Shown here in pieces: positions 17,988 to 28,219 of a DNA stretch of 64,000 bases. The notes under the pieces were generated by a model. The model ran no database searches, was not told the DNA's origin, and was given only the letters and a program-made list of their open reading frames with translations. Made by a program: the position numbers and the translations under genes. Numbering within the stretch: position 1 is the stretch's first letter; each line of letters starts with the position of its first letter. Location: assembly GCA_003598135.1 (NCBI GenBank), contig QZKA01000027.1, positions 20,788 through 84,787 of the forward strand, given 5' to 3'. The DNA comes from Candidatus Omnitrophota bacterium. GTDB taxonomy: Bacteria > Omnitrophota > Gorgyraeia > Gygaellales > Profunditerraquicolaceae.

Positions 17988-19390
17988 AGAGAGAGATCAA
18001 GTTCGGGACCGATGGCTGGCGGGGGGTTATCGGCGATAATTTTACTTTTAAGAATGTCGGGAGGGTGGCCAAGGCAGTTGCTGATTATTATAATCTCAAG
18101 GCCCGAGAACATAGCAAGGCCTGCGTCCGCATAGCTGTCGGTTATGATACTCGCTTCTTGTCTGAAAAATTCGCACGCATCGTCAGTGAAGTGCTTGTCC
18201 GGGAAGGTATCAGTGTTATTGTATCTAACCGGTCAATACCCACGCCTACTTTAAGTTTCGCCGTAGAAAAAAGGAAACTCACTGCTGGAATTATGATTAC
18301 TGCCAGCCATAATCCTTGCGAATACAACGGCATTAAGATCAAGACTGCTTCAGGTGGAGCTGCCGGAATAGAGGTTACCTCTGAAGTCGAAAAATTAGTC
18401 GAGAGGCCCAAGAAAGCAGGATGGATAGGTAAGAACGCAAAGATAGAAGAGGCCGATTTTGTCAAAGACTATATCCGGTTCTTAAAGGGCTACATTGATT
18501 TTGAAAGACTGCGCAATATGAAGTTTAGGGTGCTTGTGGATGCGATGCACGGAAGCGGAAACAGCTTTATCGCAGAAATCTTGAAAGGCTCTCGCATAAA
18601 AGTAGAATTCATTCGTTCCGACATCAATCCTTCATTCGGAGGCTTAAGGCCAGAACCGGTCCTTGAGAATCTCGCTCCCACGGTCGCAAGGTTAAAGAAA
18701 GACCGTTTTGACCTTTGTTTGGTTTTAGATGGGGATGCAGATAGGATAGCTGCCTTTGCGGGCAATGGTGAGTTTATTTATCCGCAGAAAATATTGGGTT
18801 TATTGACGTTGCATTTGCGCCAGGACCGTAAGATGTCAGGAGGGGTGGTAAAGACGATAGTTGGCACTAATATGATTGATGCGATTGCCAAAAAATTAGG
18901 TTTGCCGTTATATGAAACACCGGTAGGGTTCAAATATATTTCTGAATTAATGGTAAAAAAAGAGATTCTTGTGGGTGGAGAAGAAGCCGGAGGCATGGGT
19001 TTTAAAGGGTACATTCCTGAAAGGGACGGCAGTCTTGCCGGACTTTTGCTTCTTGAAATGATGGCGTACCGCAAAAAGAATATGCTCGCCATCTTGCGCG
19101 AAATGGAAAAAGAGTTCGGCAGGTATTATTACTGGCGCGATGATTTAAAGCTCAAACAGTCAAAGGTTAATGTTCGTAATTTTAAAAAGATAAAACGGAT
19201 CTTAGGGCAGGATGTTGTTTTAGTCAAAGACTATGACGGAGTGAAATTGATCCGACAAGATACTAGCTGGCTGATGCTTAGGGCTTCAGGCACTGAGCCG
19301 ATTGTCAGGGTCTACGCGGAATCAAAGAGCCAGGCGACTTCCCGAAGGCTGGTTGAATTCGGTAGCAGATTGATTAAAAATGTTTTATAA
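17975..19390 (+). CDS. Phosphoglucomutase/phosphomannomutase family protein
   Basis: Active-site serine loop ITASHNPCEYNGIKI and N-terminal GTDGWRG motif. Confidence 0.8.
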   Translation: MSGVKREIKFGTDGWRGVIGDNFTFKNVGRVAKAVADYYNLKAREHSKACVRIAVGYDTRFLSEKFARIVSEVLVREGISVIVSNRSIPTPTLSFAVEKRKLTAGIMITASHNPCEYNGIKIKTASGGAAGIEVTSEVEKLVERPKKAGWIGKNAKIEEADFVKDYIRFLKGYIDFERLRNMKFRVLVDAMHGSGNSFIAEILKGSRIKVEFIRSDINPSFGGLRPEPVLENLAPTVARLKKDRFDLCLVLDGDADRIAAFAGNGEFIYPQKILGLLTLHLRQDRKMSGGVVKTIVGTNMIDAIAKKLGLPLYETPVGFKYISELMVKKEILVGGEEAGGMGFKGYIPERDGSLAGLLLLEMMAYRKKNMLAILREMEKEFGRYYYWRDDLKLKQSKVNVRNFKKIKRILGQDVVLVKDYDGVKLIRQDTSWLMLRASGTEPIVRVYAESKSQATSRRLVEFGSRLIKNVL

Positions 19391-19976
19391 TATAGTAAGA
19401 TTTTTTCTCTTTATTCTCTTGAAGTTGTCATGCAGGATCACTGCAACCGGCAGGGCATATATACCGAGGAAAGGCGGGTTCATCCTGGCAAGCAATCATA
19501 CCAGCTACCTTGATCCCATGGTTCTGGCAGTTACCTGTTTTCGTAGGCTCAATTTTATGGCCAGACATGACCTGTTTATTAATCCGCTGTTTGCTTGGCT
19601 TATTAGGCAGCTCGGCGCTTTTCCGGTGAAACGTAAGACTACAGACTTTTCAGCCTTTAAGGAAGCTATCCGGAGGCTGCGCAGGGGAGAGTCTTTAGTT
19701 ATTTTTCCCGAAGGTACACGCCAGGGCGAAGGGGTTCTCGGCGATCCCGAAAAGGGGGTAGGGCTTTTGGCAGCAAAGCTCAATGTCCCCATTGTTCCCG
19801 TTTTCATACATGGCGCAGAGCGCGTGTTGCCAAAAAATGCACGTTCTCTCAATGCATCGAAAATCTCTGTATATTTCGGCAAACAAATATTTGTAGAAAG
19901 GAGGACGCCTTATCAGGAAACAGCTCAGATGGTTATGGAATCCATCAGGCGCCTTTCATGGTCAGTATCAAAATAG
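19380..19976 (+). CDS. plsC: 1-acyl-sn-glycerol-3-phosphate acyltransferase
   Basis: Acyltransferase motifs NHTSYLD (HxxxxD) and FPEGTR. Confidence 0.75.
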   Translation: MFYNIVRFFLFILLKLSCRITATGRAYIPRKGGFILASNHTSYLDPMVLAVTCFRRLNFMARHDLFINPLFAWLIRQLGAFPVKRKTTDFSAFKEAIRRLRRGESLVIFPEGTRQGEGVLGDPEKGVGLLAAKLNVPIVPVFIHGAERVLPKNARSLNASKISVYFGKQIFVERRTPYQETAQMVMESIRRLSWSVSK

Positions 19977-20821
19977 CCACACACACAGGATTTTGCTCTG
20001 GAGTCAAAAGGGCAGTTCAGTTAGTTCAACAAAGTCTCTCCACGCATAAGGGTAGCGTTTATTCCCTCGGTCCGGTGATACACAATCACCGCGTCATGGA
20101 AATACTTAAGCACAATAAGCTGCGTATTGTCAGTTCTATCGACAATATCAAACCCGGCGCAACGCTTATTCTTCCTTCGCATGGGAGTTCTCATCTTACA
20201 GAATTCAAGGCAAGCCAGAAGCGTTTGAGGCTAGTCAATACCATGTGCCCTTACGTTTCTCTGGTACAGAAGATTTGTGCAAAGCTTAACCGTGACGGCC
20301 TCCAGGTGCTTATTGTAGGAGATAGGGCGCATCCTGAGATTAAGGCGTTGCTTGATATCGTCCCTACTGCGCGGGTAATTACACGCATGAAAGAAGTCAG
20401 GGCGAATATTTTTTCGGGCAAGAGGATAGGGATAATTTCACAAACCACCCAGTCCAGGAGGTTCTTTATAGACGTCGTTAACAGTATCCTTAAAAAAAAT
20501 CAAAAAGTATCGGAAGTCCATATATTCAATACCATATGTTTGGATACGAGTCGTAGGCAAGAGGAGGTGAAAGAATTAGCGGGTTTGGTCGATGTATTGC
20601 TGGTGATTGGTTCTAAGTCCAGTGCTAATACTAAACGGCTTTTGGTAATCGGCCAAGCCATCAATAAAAATAGTTATTTAGTCGAATCAGAACGTTCTCG
20701 ATTCCCCGCCGTTATCAAAAAGGCCCGCCGGGTGGGTGTTATCAGCGGAGCTTCTACGCCCAGCTGGCTTGTTGAAAAGGTGGTAGAGAAACTAAAAAAA
20801 TACGGAGGAAACAAAAAATGA
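19958..20821 (+). CDS. ispH: 4-hydroxy-3-methylbut-2-enyl diphosphate reductase (IspH/LytB)
   Basis: N-terminus GFCSGVKRAV carries the first cluster Cys. Length 287 aa. It is adjacent to rpsA, as in many bacteria. Confidence 0.9.
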   Translation: MVSIKIATHTGFCSGVKRAVQLVQQSLSTHKGSVYSLGPVIHNHRVMEILKHNKLRIVSSIDNIKPGATLILPSHGSSHLTEFKASQKRLRLVNTMCPYVSLVQKICAKLNRDGLQVLIVGDRAHPEIKALLDIVPTARVITRMKEVRANIFSGKRIGIISQTTQSRRFFIDVVNSILKKNQKVSEVHIFNTICLDTSRRQEEVKELAGLVDVLLVIGSKSSANTKRLLVIGQAINKNSYLVESERSRFPAVIKKARRVGVISGASTPSWLVEKVVEKLKKYGGNKK

Positions 20822-22368
20822 GCGAAACTAAAAGTACCCTTGAACAACTGTACAATGAAACTATCAAGATAATAAAAGAAGGCGAGGTGATTAAGGGTAA
20901 GATTGTATCCGTCAGGAATAAAGACGTCATTGTCGACGTGGGTTTTAAATCCGAAGGAGTTGTTACTATCACGGAGTTCAACACAAGCGAACTTCAGGTA
21001 GGTAGAGAGATAGAGTTTTTTGTCGAATCCATAGAGGATGATTCGGGCTCGATAGTTCTTTCCCGGGAGAAGGCAAGCCGCATCCACGGCTGGGGAAGTG
21101 TTATGGACTGCTATAATAAGGGGGACCTTATTGAAGGCAAGCCCATGAAGAAGGTCAAGGGAGGGTTCTTAGTGGATGTGATGGGGATCGAAGGGTTCCT
21201 GCCTTCTTCGCTTTCAGCGTTTAAGAACGTGGCGGACAGGGACATACTCAGCAAGCCCTTTAAGTTTAAGATCATCAAGGTGAATAAGCTTAGGTACAGC
21301 GTGATTCTTTCCCGCAAAGAGGCGGCCATGAAGGAACGGGAAGAAGCAAAGGAAAAAATATGGCAGGACCTAAAAGTAGGGAGTATCTATCCAGGATTAG
21401 TTAAGGCAATAACCGATTTTGGGGCTTTTATTGACTTAGGCGGCGTTGACGGGCTTCTTTACATTACGGATATGTCCTGGTCGAAAATCTCCCATCCTTC
21501 AGAAGTAGTAGCGGTAGGAGACAAAATCGAAGTACTGATATTGAATGTAGATAAGGAATCAGGAAAAATCTCGCTTGGCCTGAAGCAGCGTTTCCCTGAT
21601 CCATGGCAGGATATTGAGACGAAGTATAGCGTAGGCGCTAAAGTAAAAGGAAAAATTGTCAACATTGTCCCCTACGGCATATTCGTCGAAATCGAAAACG
21701 GCATCGAAGGATTGATTCATATCTCTGAGATTTCCTGGACAAAAAAGATTAGCAACCCGGTTGAGCTCTTTGCAATCGGAGACACCATTGAAAGCCATGT
21801 CATCAGCATCGATAAGGATGCCAGAAAAATAGCCCTGAGCATCAAGCAGCTTGAGCAAAATCCATGGCAGGATATCGAGGGCAAATATACCAAAGGCACA
21901 CGGGTGCATGGCAAAGTCAAGGGGTTTACTAAATACGGGGTCTTTGTTGAGCTTGATAATAGTATCGAAGGCATGGTCCATATTTCGGATATTTCTTGGA
22001 CCAAAAGGGTAGTCAACCCCCAGGATATACTTAAGAAAGGGCAGAAAGTAGAAGTGGAGGTTTTGTCAGTTGATGCCCAGAATCAGCGGATTGCGCTTGG
22101 CCTAAAACAACTGCAGACTAATCCGTGGCCTGAGATCGCGCAAAAGTATCCCTTAAACAGCACTGTGGAAGCGGAGGTGTCAAATATTACCGATTTCGGC
22201 GTATTCGTAAAGATCGAAGAAGACCTTGAAGGCTTGATTTTCGCCAATGAGATCAACCAGGAGCAGCTGAAACAATTAAAGCCTCAGGATAAAATCAAGG
22301 CCAAGGTAATCAAGGTTGATACCGAACAGGGCAAAATTGGGTTATCGGCGAAAGTTGAAAACGTATAG
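20818..22368 (+). CDS. rpsA: 30S ribosomal protein S1
   Basis: Carries six S1-domain repeats (GxV.G.V..I.DFG.FV..xG..GL.H.SE.SW), at 516 aa. Confidence 0.85.
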   Translation: MSETKSTLEQLYNETIKIIKEGEVIKGKIVSVRNKDVIVDVGFKSEGVVTITEFNTSELQVGREIEFFVESIEDDSGSIVLSREKASRIHGWGSVMDCYNKGDLIEGKPMKKVKGGFLVDVMGIEGFLPSSLSAFKNVADRDILSKPFKFKIIKVNKLRYSVILSRKEAAMKEREEAKEKIWQDLKVGSIYPGLVKAITDFGAFIDLGGVDGLLYITDMSWSKISHPSEVVAVGDKIEVLILNVDKESGKISLGLKQRFPDPWQDIETKYSVGAKVKGKIVNIVPYGIFVEIENGIEGLIHISEISWTKKISNPVELFAIGDTIESHVISIDKDARKIALSIKQLEQNPWQDIEGKYTKGTRVHGKVKGFTKYGVFVELDNSIEGMVHISDISWTKRVVNPQDILKKGQKVEVEVLSVDAQNQRIALGLKQLQTNPWPEIAQKYPLNSTVEAEVSNITDFGVFVKIEEDLEGLIFANEINQEQLKQLKPQDKIKAKVIKVDTEQGKIGLSAKVENV

Positions 22369-22398
22369 CCTGATTGGGTAACGAAAGAGGGCCTGGCA

Positions 22399-23586
22399 AT
22401 GAAAAGTGCGGAAGAACAGCTTAAGATAATTAAACGCGGGACAGTTGATATTATTTCTGAAGAGGAACTGTCGCAAAAATTGAAGAAATCATTGAGGGAT
22501 AAACGTCCGCTGTGCATCAAAGCTGGTTTTGACCCTACTGCGCCGGATATCCACCTGGGCCATACGGTGCTGCTGAATAAATTGCGGCAGTTCCAGGAAC
22601 TGGGCCATACGGTGTATTTCTTGATAGGAGATTTTACTGCGCGTATCGGTGATCCCTCGGGCCGCACCCAGGTCCGTAAACCCATGGGCAGGGTTGAAAT
22701 AGTCAAGAATGCCCTTACCTACAAAAGGCAGGTCGGCAAGATCCTTGATTTGCGCAAGACCAAGGTCGTCTTTAACAGCCGCTGGTTTGAAAGAATGCGC
22801 CTCGCTGATTTTTTGCGGCTCACTATGAAGGTGACTGTTAGCCAGATGATTGCCCGCCAGGATTTCAAGAAGAGGCTTGAGAATAACCAGGATGTTTCAC
22901 TTCTTGAGTTTATGTACCCTGTGTTGCAGGGGTATGACTCGGTAGTGGTACGCAGCGATATAGAACTAGGCGGGACCGACCAGATTTTTAATTTATTGGT
23001 AGGCAGAGACTTGCAAAAAGATTTTGCGCAGGAGCCCCAGGTAGTCATTACGCTTCCTCTCCTTGAGGGGACCGACGGCCTGCAAAAGATGAGCAAATCA
23101 CTGGGTAATTATATCTCTATCAACGATAAGCCCGGGGAGATATTCGGGAAGATCATGTCTATCCCAGATGAATTAATGCATAAATACTACACCCTCCTGA
23201 CCGATGAAGACCTTGAGCAGATAAAGCGCCAGCATCCAAAAGAGTCAAAAGAAAAGCTAGGAAAGCTTATCGTAAGCAGGTACTATTCTCAAAGGTCAGC
23301 GCAAGCCTGCGCAGAAGAATTTAAGAGGGTATTTACGCAGCGAAGCATTCCCGAAGAAGTAGAGGCCATAACCTTAGACGCAAATACTTCAATACTGCAG
23401 TCAATGAGTGCGGCAAAAGTTGTGAAGAGCAAAAACGAAGGCAGAAGGCTTATCAGGCAGAATGCAGTCGAGTTCGATGGCAAGAAAGTGACTGATGAGA
23501 ACATGCTGATCACCCAGCCGGGAATATTGAAGGTTGGAAGCCGTCAATTTCGTAGAATAGTGATAAAGAAAAAGAGCAGCACTTAG
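22399..23586 (+). CDS. tyrS: Tyrosyl-tRNA synthetase with a C-terminal S4 domain
   Basis: Class I motifs HLGH (PDIHLGHTV) and KMSKS, plus an S4-like C-terminus. Confidence 0.9.
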   Translation: MKSAEEQLKIIKRGTVDIISEEELSQKLKKSLRDKRPLCIKAGFDPTAPDIHLGHTVLLNKLRQFQELGHTVYFLIGDFTARIGDPSGRTQVRKPMGRVEIVKNALTYKRQVGKILDLRKTKVVFNSRWFERMRLADFLRLTMKVTVSQMIARQDFKKRLENNQDVSLLEFMYPVLQGYDSVVVRSDIELGGTDQIFNLLVGRDLQKDFAQEPQVVITLPLLEGTDGLQKMSKSLGNYISINDKPGEIFGKIMSIPDELMHKYYTLLTDEDLEQIKRQHPKESKEKLGKLIVSRYYSQRSAQACAEEFKRVFTQRSIPEEVEAITLDANTSILQSMSAAKVVKSKNEGRRLIRQNAVEFDGKKVTDENMLITQPGILKVGSRQFRRIVIKKKSST

Positions 23587-23606
23587 TTTTTTATGAAGGA
23601 GGTTTT

Positions 23607-24557
23607 ATGGGGCGATTCTTGGTAACCGGCGGTGCAGGCTTCATCGGATCGCATATCGTGGAGAGGTTGCTTAAAGAAGGCAATTTTGTAAGGGTTCTTG
23701 ATAATTTCTCAAGCGGTAAAGAAAAGAACCTTGCGTTTACTAATGAGTTGTCAGCTACGAACTACGAACTCATTCGCGCAGATATCCGTGACTTTACAGC
23801 CTGCCAGGACGCCTGTAAAGGTATTGACTATGTACTGCACCAGGCAGCGCTGCGGTCTGTCCCAAAGTCGCTGCTCGATCCTTATGTGTACAACAGTGTG
23901 AATATAGACGGTACGTTGAATATGCTCAGGGCTGCGCATGAGAAAAAAGCGAAGCGGTTTGTCCTTGCTTCCTCAAGTTCGGTATACGGAGATATTGATG
24001 TATTTCCCGAAAAGGAAACCGATTACCCTCAATTGATTTCACCTTATGCGTTAACAAAGCTGGCGGGCGAATATTATTGCCGTATTTTTTCTACGATCTA
24101 CGGCCTTACGACTGTCTCGTTGCGTTATTTCAATGTTTTTGGTCCCCGTCAGGCAGTAGATGATGAATATGCGGTAGTAATCCCAAAATTTATCACCTGC
24201 ATGCTTAAGGGCGAAGAGCCTCCTATTTTTGGAACGGGCAAACAATCGCGTGATTTCACTTATGTTGATAATGTAGCGGAGGCAAACATATTGGCCGCGA
24301 CTACGCCGGGAATACAGTGTGAGGTTTTTAATGTTGCCAACGGCAAGGACCACTCGGTGCTTGAGCTCGTCGATACTATTAACAAAATCCTCAATCTCCG
24401 CATAAAGCCTTTGTTTTTAGATAAACGCCCCGGAGACGTATATAAGACTCTTGCGGACATACGCAGCGTTAGGAAAATACTAGGGTTGCGTATGAAGGTG
24501 GATTTTGTTGAGGGACTGAAAAGAACAATTGAGTACTTTAAAAATGTCTCGGCATAA
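23607..24557 (+). CDS. NAD-dependent sugar-nucleotide 4-epimerase of the WbpP/WbgU/GalE SDR family
   Basis: N-terminus FLVTGGAGFIGSH...VLDNFSSGKEKNL is the extended-SDR Rossmann region; the motif assignment YxxxK is assumed rather than checked, the sequence reading YALTK. RBS GGAGG present. Confidence 0.7.
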   Translation: MGRFLVTGGAGFIGSHIVERLLKEGNFVRVLDNFSSGKEKNLAFTNELSATNYELIRADIRDFTACQDACKGIDYVLHQAALRSVPKSLLDPYVYNSVNIDGTLNMLRAAHEKKAKRFVLASSSSVYGDIDVFPEKETDYPQLISPYALTKLAGEYYCRIFSTIYGLTTVSLRYFNVFGPRQAVDDEYAVVIPKFITCMLKGEEPPIFGTGKQSRDFTYVDNVAEANILAATTPGIQCEVFNVANGKDHSVLELVDTINKILNLRIKPLFLDKRPGDVYKTLADIRSVRKILGLRMKVDFVEGLKRTIEYFKNVSA

Positions 24558-25950
24558 CTTCGCGATACTTTTAGCTGGCGGGCAGGGAAGCAGGTTCTGG
24601 CCTTTAAGCCGTACCTTAGAACCAAAACAGTTCTTATCGCTACATGTCAATGGGAGCCTTTTTGAGCAGACGGTACTACGAATCCGCCCTCTTATCCCTG
24701 CCGAAAATATTTTTATTGTTACTTCGCAGCTCTACCGATTTCAGGTACTAGAGTATATTGCTGTATTGAAAATCCCCGTGGCCAACGTTATATTCGAGCC
24801 GGAAGCGAAAAATACCTCTGCTTCCATTTGTGCGGGAGTGCAGCTTGTTTATGCCAAAGACCGGTTGGCGAGAGTTTGTGTGTTGCCTTGCGATCACCTC
24901 ATCGGGAAAAAGAAGTGGTTTTTGTCGTTGTTGCAAAAAGCCTTTCGCGTATGCGAAGATTCCCTTGTCGTGTTTGGGATCCCGCCCACAAGGCCGGCAA
25001 CAGGTTACGGCTATATTAAGGCGGCTCGAGAGCCTCTGCACAAGAGCAGGGTAATGGTATACAGGGTAGAAAGGTTTACGGAGAAGCCCGATAGAAAAAC
25101 CGCACAGGGATTTCTAAAAAGCGGCTTATTTTTTTGGAACAGCGGTATCTTTGTGGGCTCAGTCTCGGTATTTTTGAACGAGTTTAAAACACATCTGCCT
25201 GCGCTTTATTCCCAGCTTCGCCGTATTCAACAGGCTCAGGATATTGAGAAGGCCTGGAATAGGGTTCAAGCGGTGTCATTTGATTACGGAGTCCTTGAGA
25301 AATCACGCAATATTCTCATGCTTAAGGCGCAAGGGTTAGGGTGGTCTGACCTAGGCAGCTGGCAGGCCTGGGATGAGCTCCTCAAAAAAGACAGTCAGGG
25401 AAACTCACTCGGCCAGGACGTGATCAGCCTGAAAAACAAAAACCTGACTGTCTTAGGCAAGAATCGCCTTGTTGCCGCTATCGGCCTCGAAGATATAATC
25501 GTAATAGATACACCTGATGCGCTTCTGATTACGAAAAAAGACAGAAGCGAAGAGGTCAAAAAGGTTGTTGATGTTCTTAGGCGCACAAAGAGGCAGGAGC
25601 ATTATTATCACCGCACCGTGAAAAGACCATGGGGAAGCTATACGGTTCTTGATATGGGCAGGGGGTTTAAAATCAAGCTCGTTGAAGTAAAGCCGCGCAG
25701 CGCGTTAAGCCTTCAGTACCATCGTAAGAGAAGCGAGCATTGGGTAGTGGTGGAGGGGCAGGCCAAGATCATAAAAAGAAAAAAAAGCATTTATCTTAAT
25801 GCCAATGAAAGCACCTTTATCCCTTTATCTTGTACTCATCGGATTACTAACCCCAAAGATACCTGGCTTAGGATTGTTGAGGTACAGGCAGGCAGTTATC
25901 TTGAGGAAGACGATATCGTGCGATTAAAAGATTATTTCGGAAGGAGCTAA
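24544..25950 (+). CDS. manC: Mannose-1-phosphate guanylyltransferase / mannose-6-phosphate isomerase (bifunctional type II, cupin C-terminus)
   Basis: AILLAGGQGSRFWPLSR nucleotidyltransferase motif and a C-terminal cupin (QYHRKRSEHWVVVEG). Confidence 0.8.
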   Translation: MSRHNFAILLAGGQGSRFWPLSRTLEPKQFLSLHVNGSLFEQTVLRIRPLIPAENIFIVTSQLYRFQVLEYIAVLKIPVANVIFEPEAKNTSASICAGVQLVYAKDRLARVCVLPCDHLIGKKKWFLSLLQKAFRVCEDSLVVFGIPPTRPATGYGYIKAAREPLHKSRVMVYRVERFTEKPDRKTAQGFLKSGLFFWNSGIFVGSVSVFLNEFKTHLPALYSQLRRIQQAQDIEKAWNRVQAVSFDYGVLEKSRNILMLKAQGLGWSDLGSWQAWDELLKKDSQGNSLGQDVISLKNKNLTVLGKNRLVAAIGLEDIIVIDTPDALLITKKDRSEEVKKVVDVLRRTKRQEHYYHRTVKRPWGSYTVLDMGRGFKIKLVEVKPRSALSLQYHRKRSEHWVVVEGQAKIIKRKKSIYLNANESTFIPLSCTHRITNPKDTWLRIVEVQAGSYLEEDDIVRLKDYFGRS

Positions 25951-25953
25951 ACG

Positions 25954-27255
25954 ATGCAAAAAATTGCGGTGATAGGGGCCGGTTACGTCGGCCTTGTGAC
26001 TGCGGCCGCTCTTGCGGAAACAGGCAACAAGGTGCTGTGCGTAGACAGCGATACGGAAAAAATAAGAAAACTAAAAAATGGGGCAATTCCCATTTATGAA
26101 CCGGGCCTTGAGAAAATCATTTTAAAAAATAAGAATCTCAAAAGGCTTCTCTTTTCAACCAACATTAAAGAGGCTACCGTATCAGCACAGATTATTTTTA
26201 TATGCGTAGGCACTCCGTCTCGGCATGACGGCAGTGCTGACCTATCGGCCGTACAAAAAGTAGCGCAGGAAATCGCCCGGAACATGAAAGAGTACAAAGT
26301 AATCGTTGAAAAAAGCACGGTTCCCGCAGAGACAGGAGAAAAGATTAAGCATACAATAGAGATGAATAATCCAGGAGGGGTTGCGTTCGATGTAGTCTCA
26401 AACCCGGAATTTTTACGCGAAGGTTCGGCAATGCACGATGCCTTCCATCCGGACAGGATTGTGATCGGGGTAGAGAGCGAGCGTGCAGAGAAAATAATGC
26501 GGCAATTGTACAAACCCTTTAAGGCACCCATTGTTGCTACTAATATTAATACTGCTGAATTGATAAAACACGCCTGTAATTCATTCCTGGCAACCAAAAT
26601 CTCTTTTATCAATGCGATCTCAAACATCTGCGAAAGAGTTAATGCCGATGTGGAAAAAGTAGCGCTCGCTATGGGCCTGGATACGCGTATCGGCAAGGAA
26701 TTCTTACAGGCCGGCATCGGGTTTGGTGGTTCTTGTTTTCCCAAGGATGTAGATGCTTTTATATACCTGGCAGCGCAGAAGGGATACGATTTCGAGCTGC
26801 TTAAAGCCGCCCGTAAGATAAACCAAGAGCGCAAGGACGTGCTTTTAAAAAAAATTGAGGAGGCGCTCTGGATTATCAAAGATAAAACCATTGGCGTCCT
26901 TGGTTTGAGTTTTAAGCCGGACACCGATGATATCCGCTCATCGGTTGCCATTGACATAATAAAGCTTTTGCTTTACGCCGGCGCAAAAGTGAAAGCCTAT
27001 GATCCTAAGGCTATGGAGAAAGCAAGGTCGCAGCTTAAGGGCGTCATATTCTGCGCCAACCCTTATGAGGTTGCCCGCAAGAGCGATTGCGTGGCGATTC
27101 TGACTGAATGGCAGGAATTCAGAGAGTTGGATTTGAAAAAAATCAAAAAACTCTTACGCCAACCGGTAATCATTGACGGGCGAAATATGTTTGAGCCGCA
27201 GCAGATGCATGCAATGGGTTTCGTATATAAAAGCATCGGACGGAGAAGAAAATGA
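25954..27255 (+). CDS. ugd: UDP-glucose 6-dehydrogenase
   Basis: IAVIGAGYVGLVTAA Rossmann fold and catalytic GFGGSCFPKD. Confidence 0.85.
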   Translation: MQKIAVIGAGYVGLVTAAALAETGNKVLCVDSDTEKIRKLKNGAIPIYEPGLEKIILKNKNLKRLLFSTNIKEATVSAQIIFICVGTPSRHDGSADLSAVQKVAQEIARNMKEYKVIVEKSTVPAETGEKIKHTIEMNNPGGVAFDVVSNPEFLREGSAMHDAFHPDRIVIGVESERAEKIMRQLYKPFKAPIVATNINTAELIKHACNSFLATKISFINAISNICERVNADVEKVALAMGLDTRIGKEFLQAGIGFGGSCFPKDVDAFIYLAAQKGYDFELLKAARKINQERKDVLLKKIEEALWIIKDKTIGVLGLSFKPDTDDIRSSVAIDIIKLLLYAGAKVKAYDPKAMEKARSQLKGVIFCANPYEVARKSDCVAILTEWQEFRELDLKKIKKLLRQPVIIDGRNMFEPQQMHAMGFVYKSIGRRRK

Positions 27256-28190
27256 GGCTACTCATTACTGGAGGCTCAGGGTTTATCGGCAGTCATTTGT
27301 GCCGCACGCTGCTTGCGCAGGGAAATACCGTCATTTGCGTGGATAATTTTATTACAGGGGATAGGGACAATATCAAGGATTTAATCGATAATCCTTCTTT
27401 TGTCCTGATAGAGCATGATATTTCAGAGCCCCTGAAAATTTCTGAAAAACTGGACTGGATCCTGCATTTTGCATCTCCTGCTTCGCCGAAAGATTACCTG
27501 AAGCATCCTATCAAAACCTTAAAAGTAGGGACCTTAGGGACACATAATTGTTTGGGAATCTCCAGGCTCCATAATGCCAGGTTTTTCCTGGCATCTACCT
27601 CTGAAGTATACGGCGATCCCGCGATAAGCCCCCAGCCGGAGGAGTATTGGGGTAATGTCAATCCCGTAGGAGTGCGTTCCTGTTACGATGAAGCAAAAAG
27701 GGCAGCCGAGGCATTGACGTCTGCGTATCGTAGGGAACATAATATCGATACCAAAATAGTCAGGATATTCAATACCTACGGCCCTTCGATGCGGCTTGAC
27801 GACGGAAGGGTGGTATCAAATTTTATTTACCAGGCTCTTACAGGAAAGAATCTAACCATATATGGTAAAGGAGACCAGACACGTTCATTTTGCTACATCG
27901 ACGATTTGGTTGAAGGCATACTGAAGTTTTTAGAGGTCGATTACCCGGGTCCTCTGAACCTTGGGACGGAATTTGAATTTACGATACTAGAATTGGCAAA
28001 ACAGGTGATCGAGGTGACAGGGTCAACTTCAAGGGCAACTTTTTTGCCGCTTCCTGAAGATGACCCCAAACAGCGACGGCCTGATCTTTCCAAAGCTAAA
28101 AAATTACTTACGTGGAATCCGCGCATCGGCATCAAAGAAGGGTTAGAGAGGACAATCCCTTATTTTAGAAAAAAATTGGGCAGTTCTTGA
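27252..28190 (+). CDS. UDP-glucuronate decarboxylase (UDP-xylose synthase, UXS-like SDR)
   Basis: LITGGSGFIGSHL...VICVDNFITG matches the UXS/ArnA-decarboxylase N-terminus. It sits directly after ugd with an ATGA overlap. Confidence 0.7.
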   Translation: MRLLITGGSGFIGSHLCRTLLAQGNTVICVDNFITGDRDNIKDLIDNPSFVLIEHDISEPLKISEKLDWILHFASPASPKDYLKHPIKTLKVGTLGTHNCLGISRLHNARFFLASTSEVYGDPAISPQPEEYWGNVNPVGVRSCYDEAKRAAEALTSAYRREHNIDTKIVRIFNTYGPSMRLDDGRVVSNFIYQALTGKNLTIYGKGDQTRSFCYIDDLVEGILKFLEVDYPGPLNLGTEFEFTILELAKQVIEVTGSTSRATFLPLPEDDPKQRRPDLSKAKKLLTWNPRIGIKEGLERTIPYFRKKLGSS

Positions 28191-28219
28191 TATCGTTTTA
28201 AAACAAAAGAGGCAGGCAA

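Noticed and set aside
24828-25054. Two overlapping + strand ORFs of 63 and 74 aa inside manC
   Set aside because: They are alternative frames of a confidently assigned ManC CDS, Cys/Arg-rich, with no independent start signals.
26094-26957. 287-aa ORF on the minus strand
   Set aside because: It is entirely antisense to ugd, whose + strand product has unmistakable UDP-glucose dehydrogenase motifs. The minus-strand translation is low-complexity (S/A/L-rich) with no recognisable domain, a typical shadow ORF.
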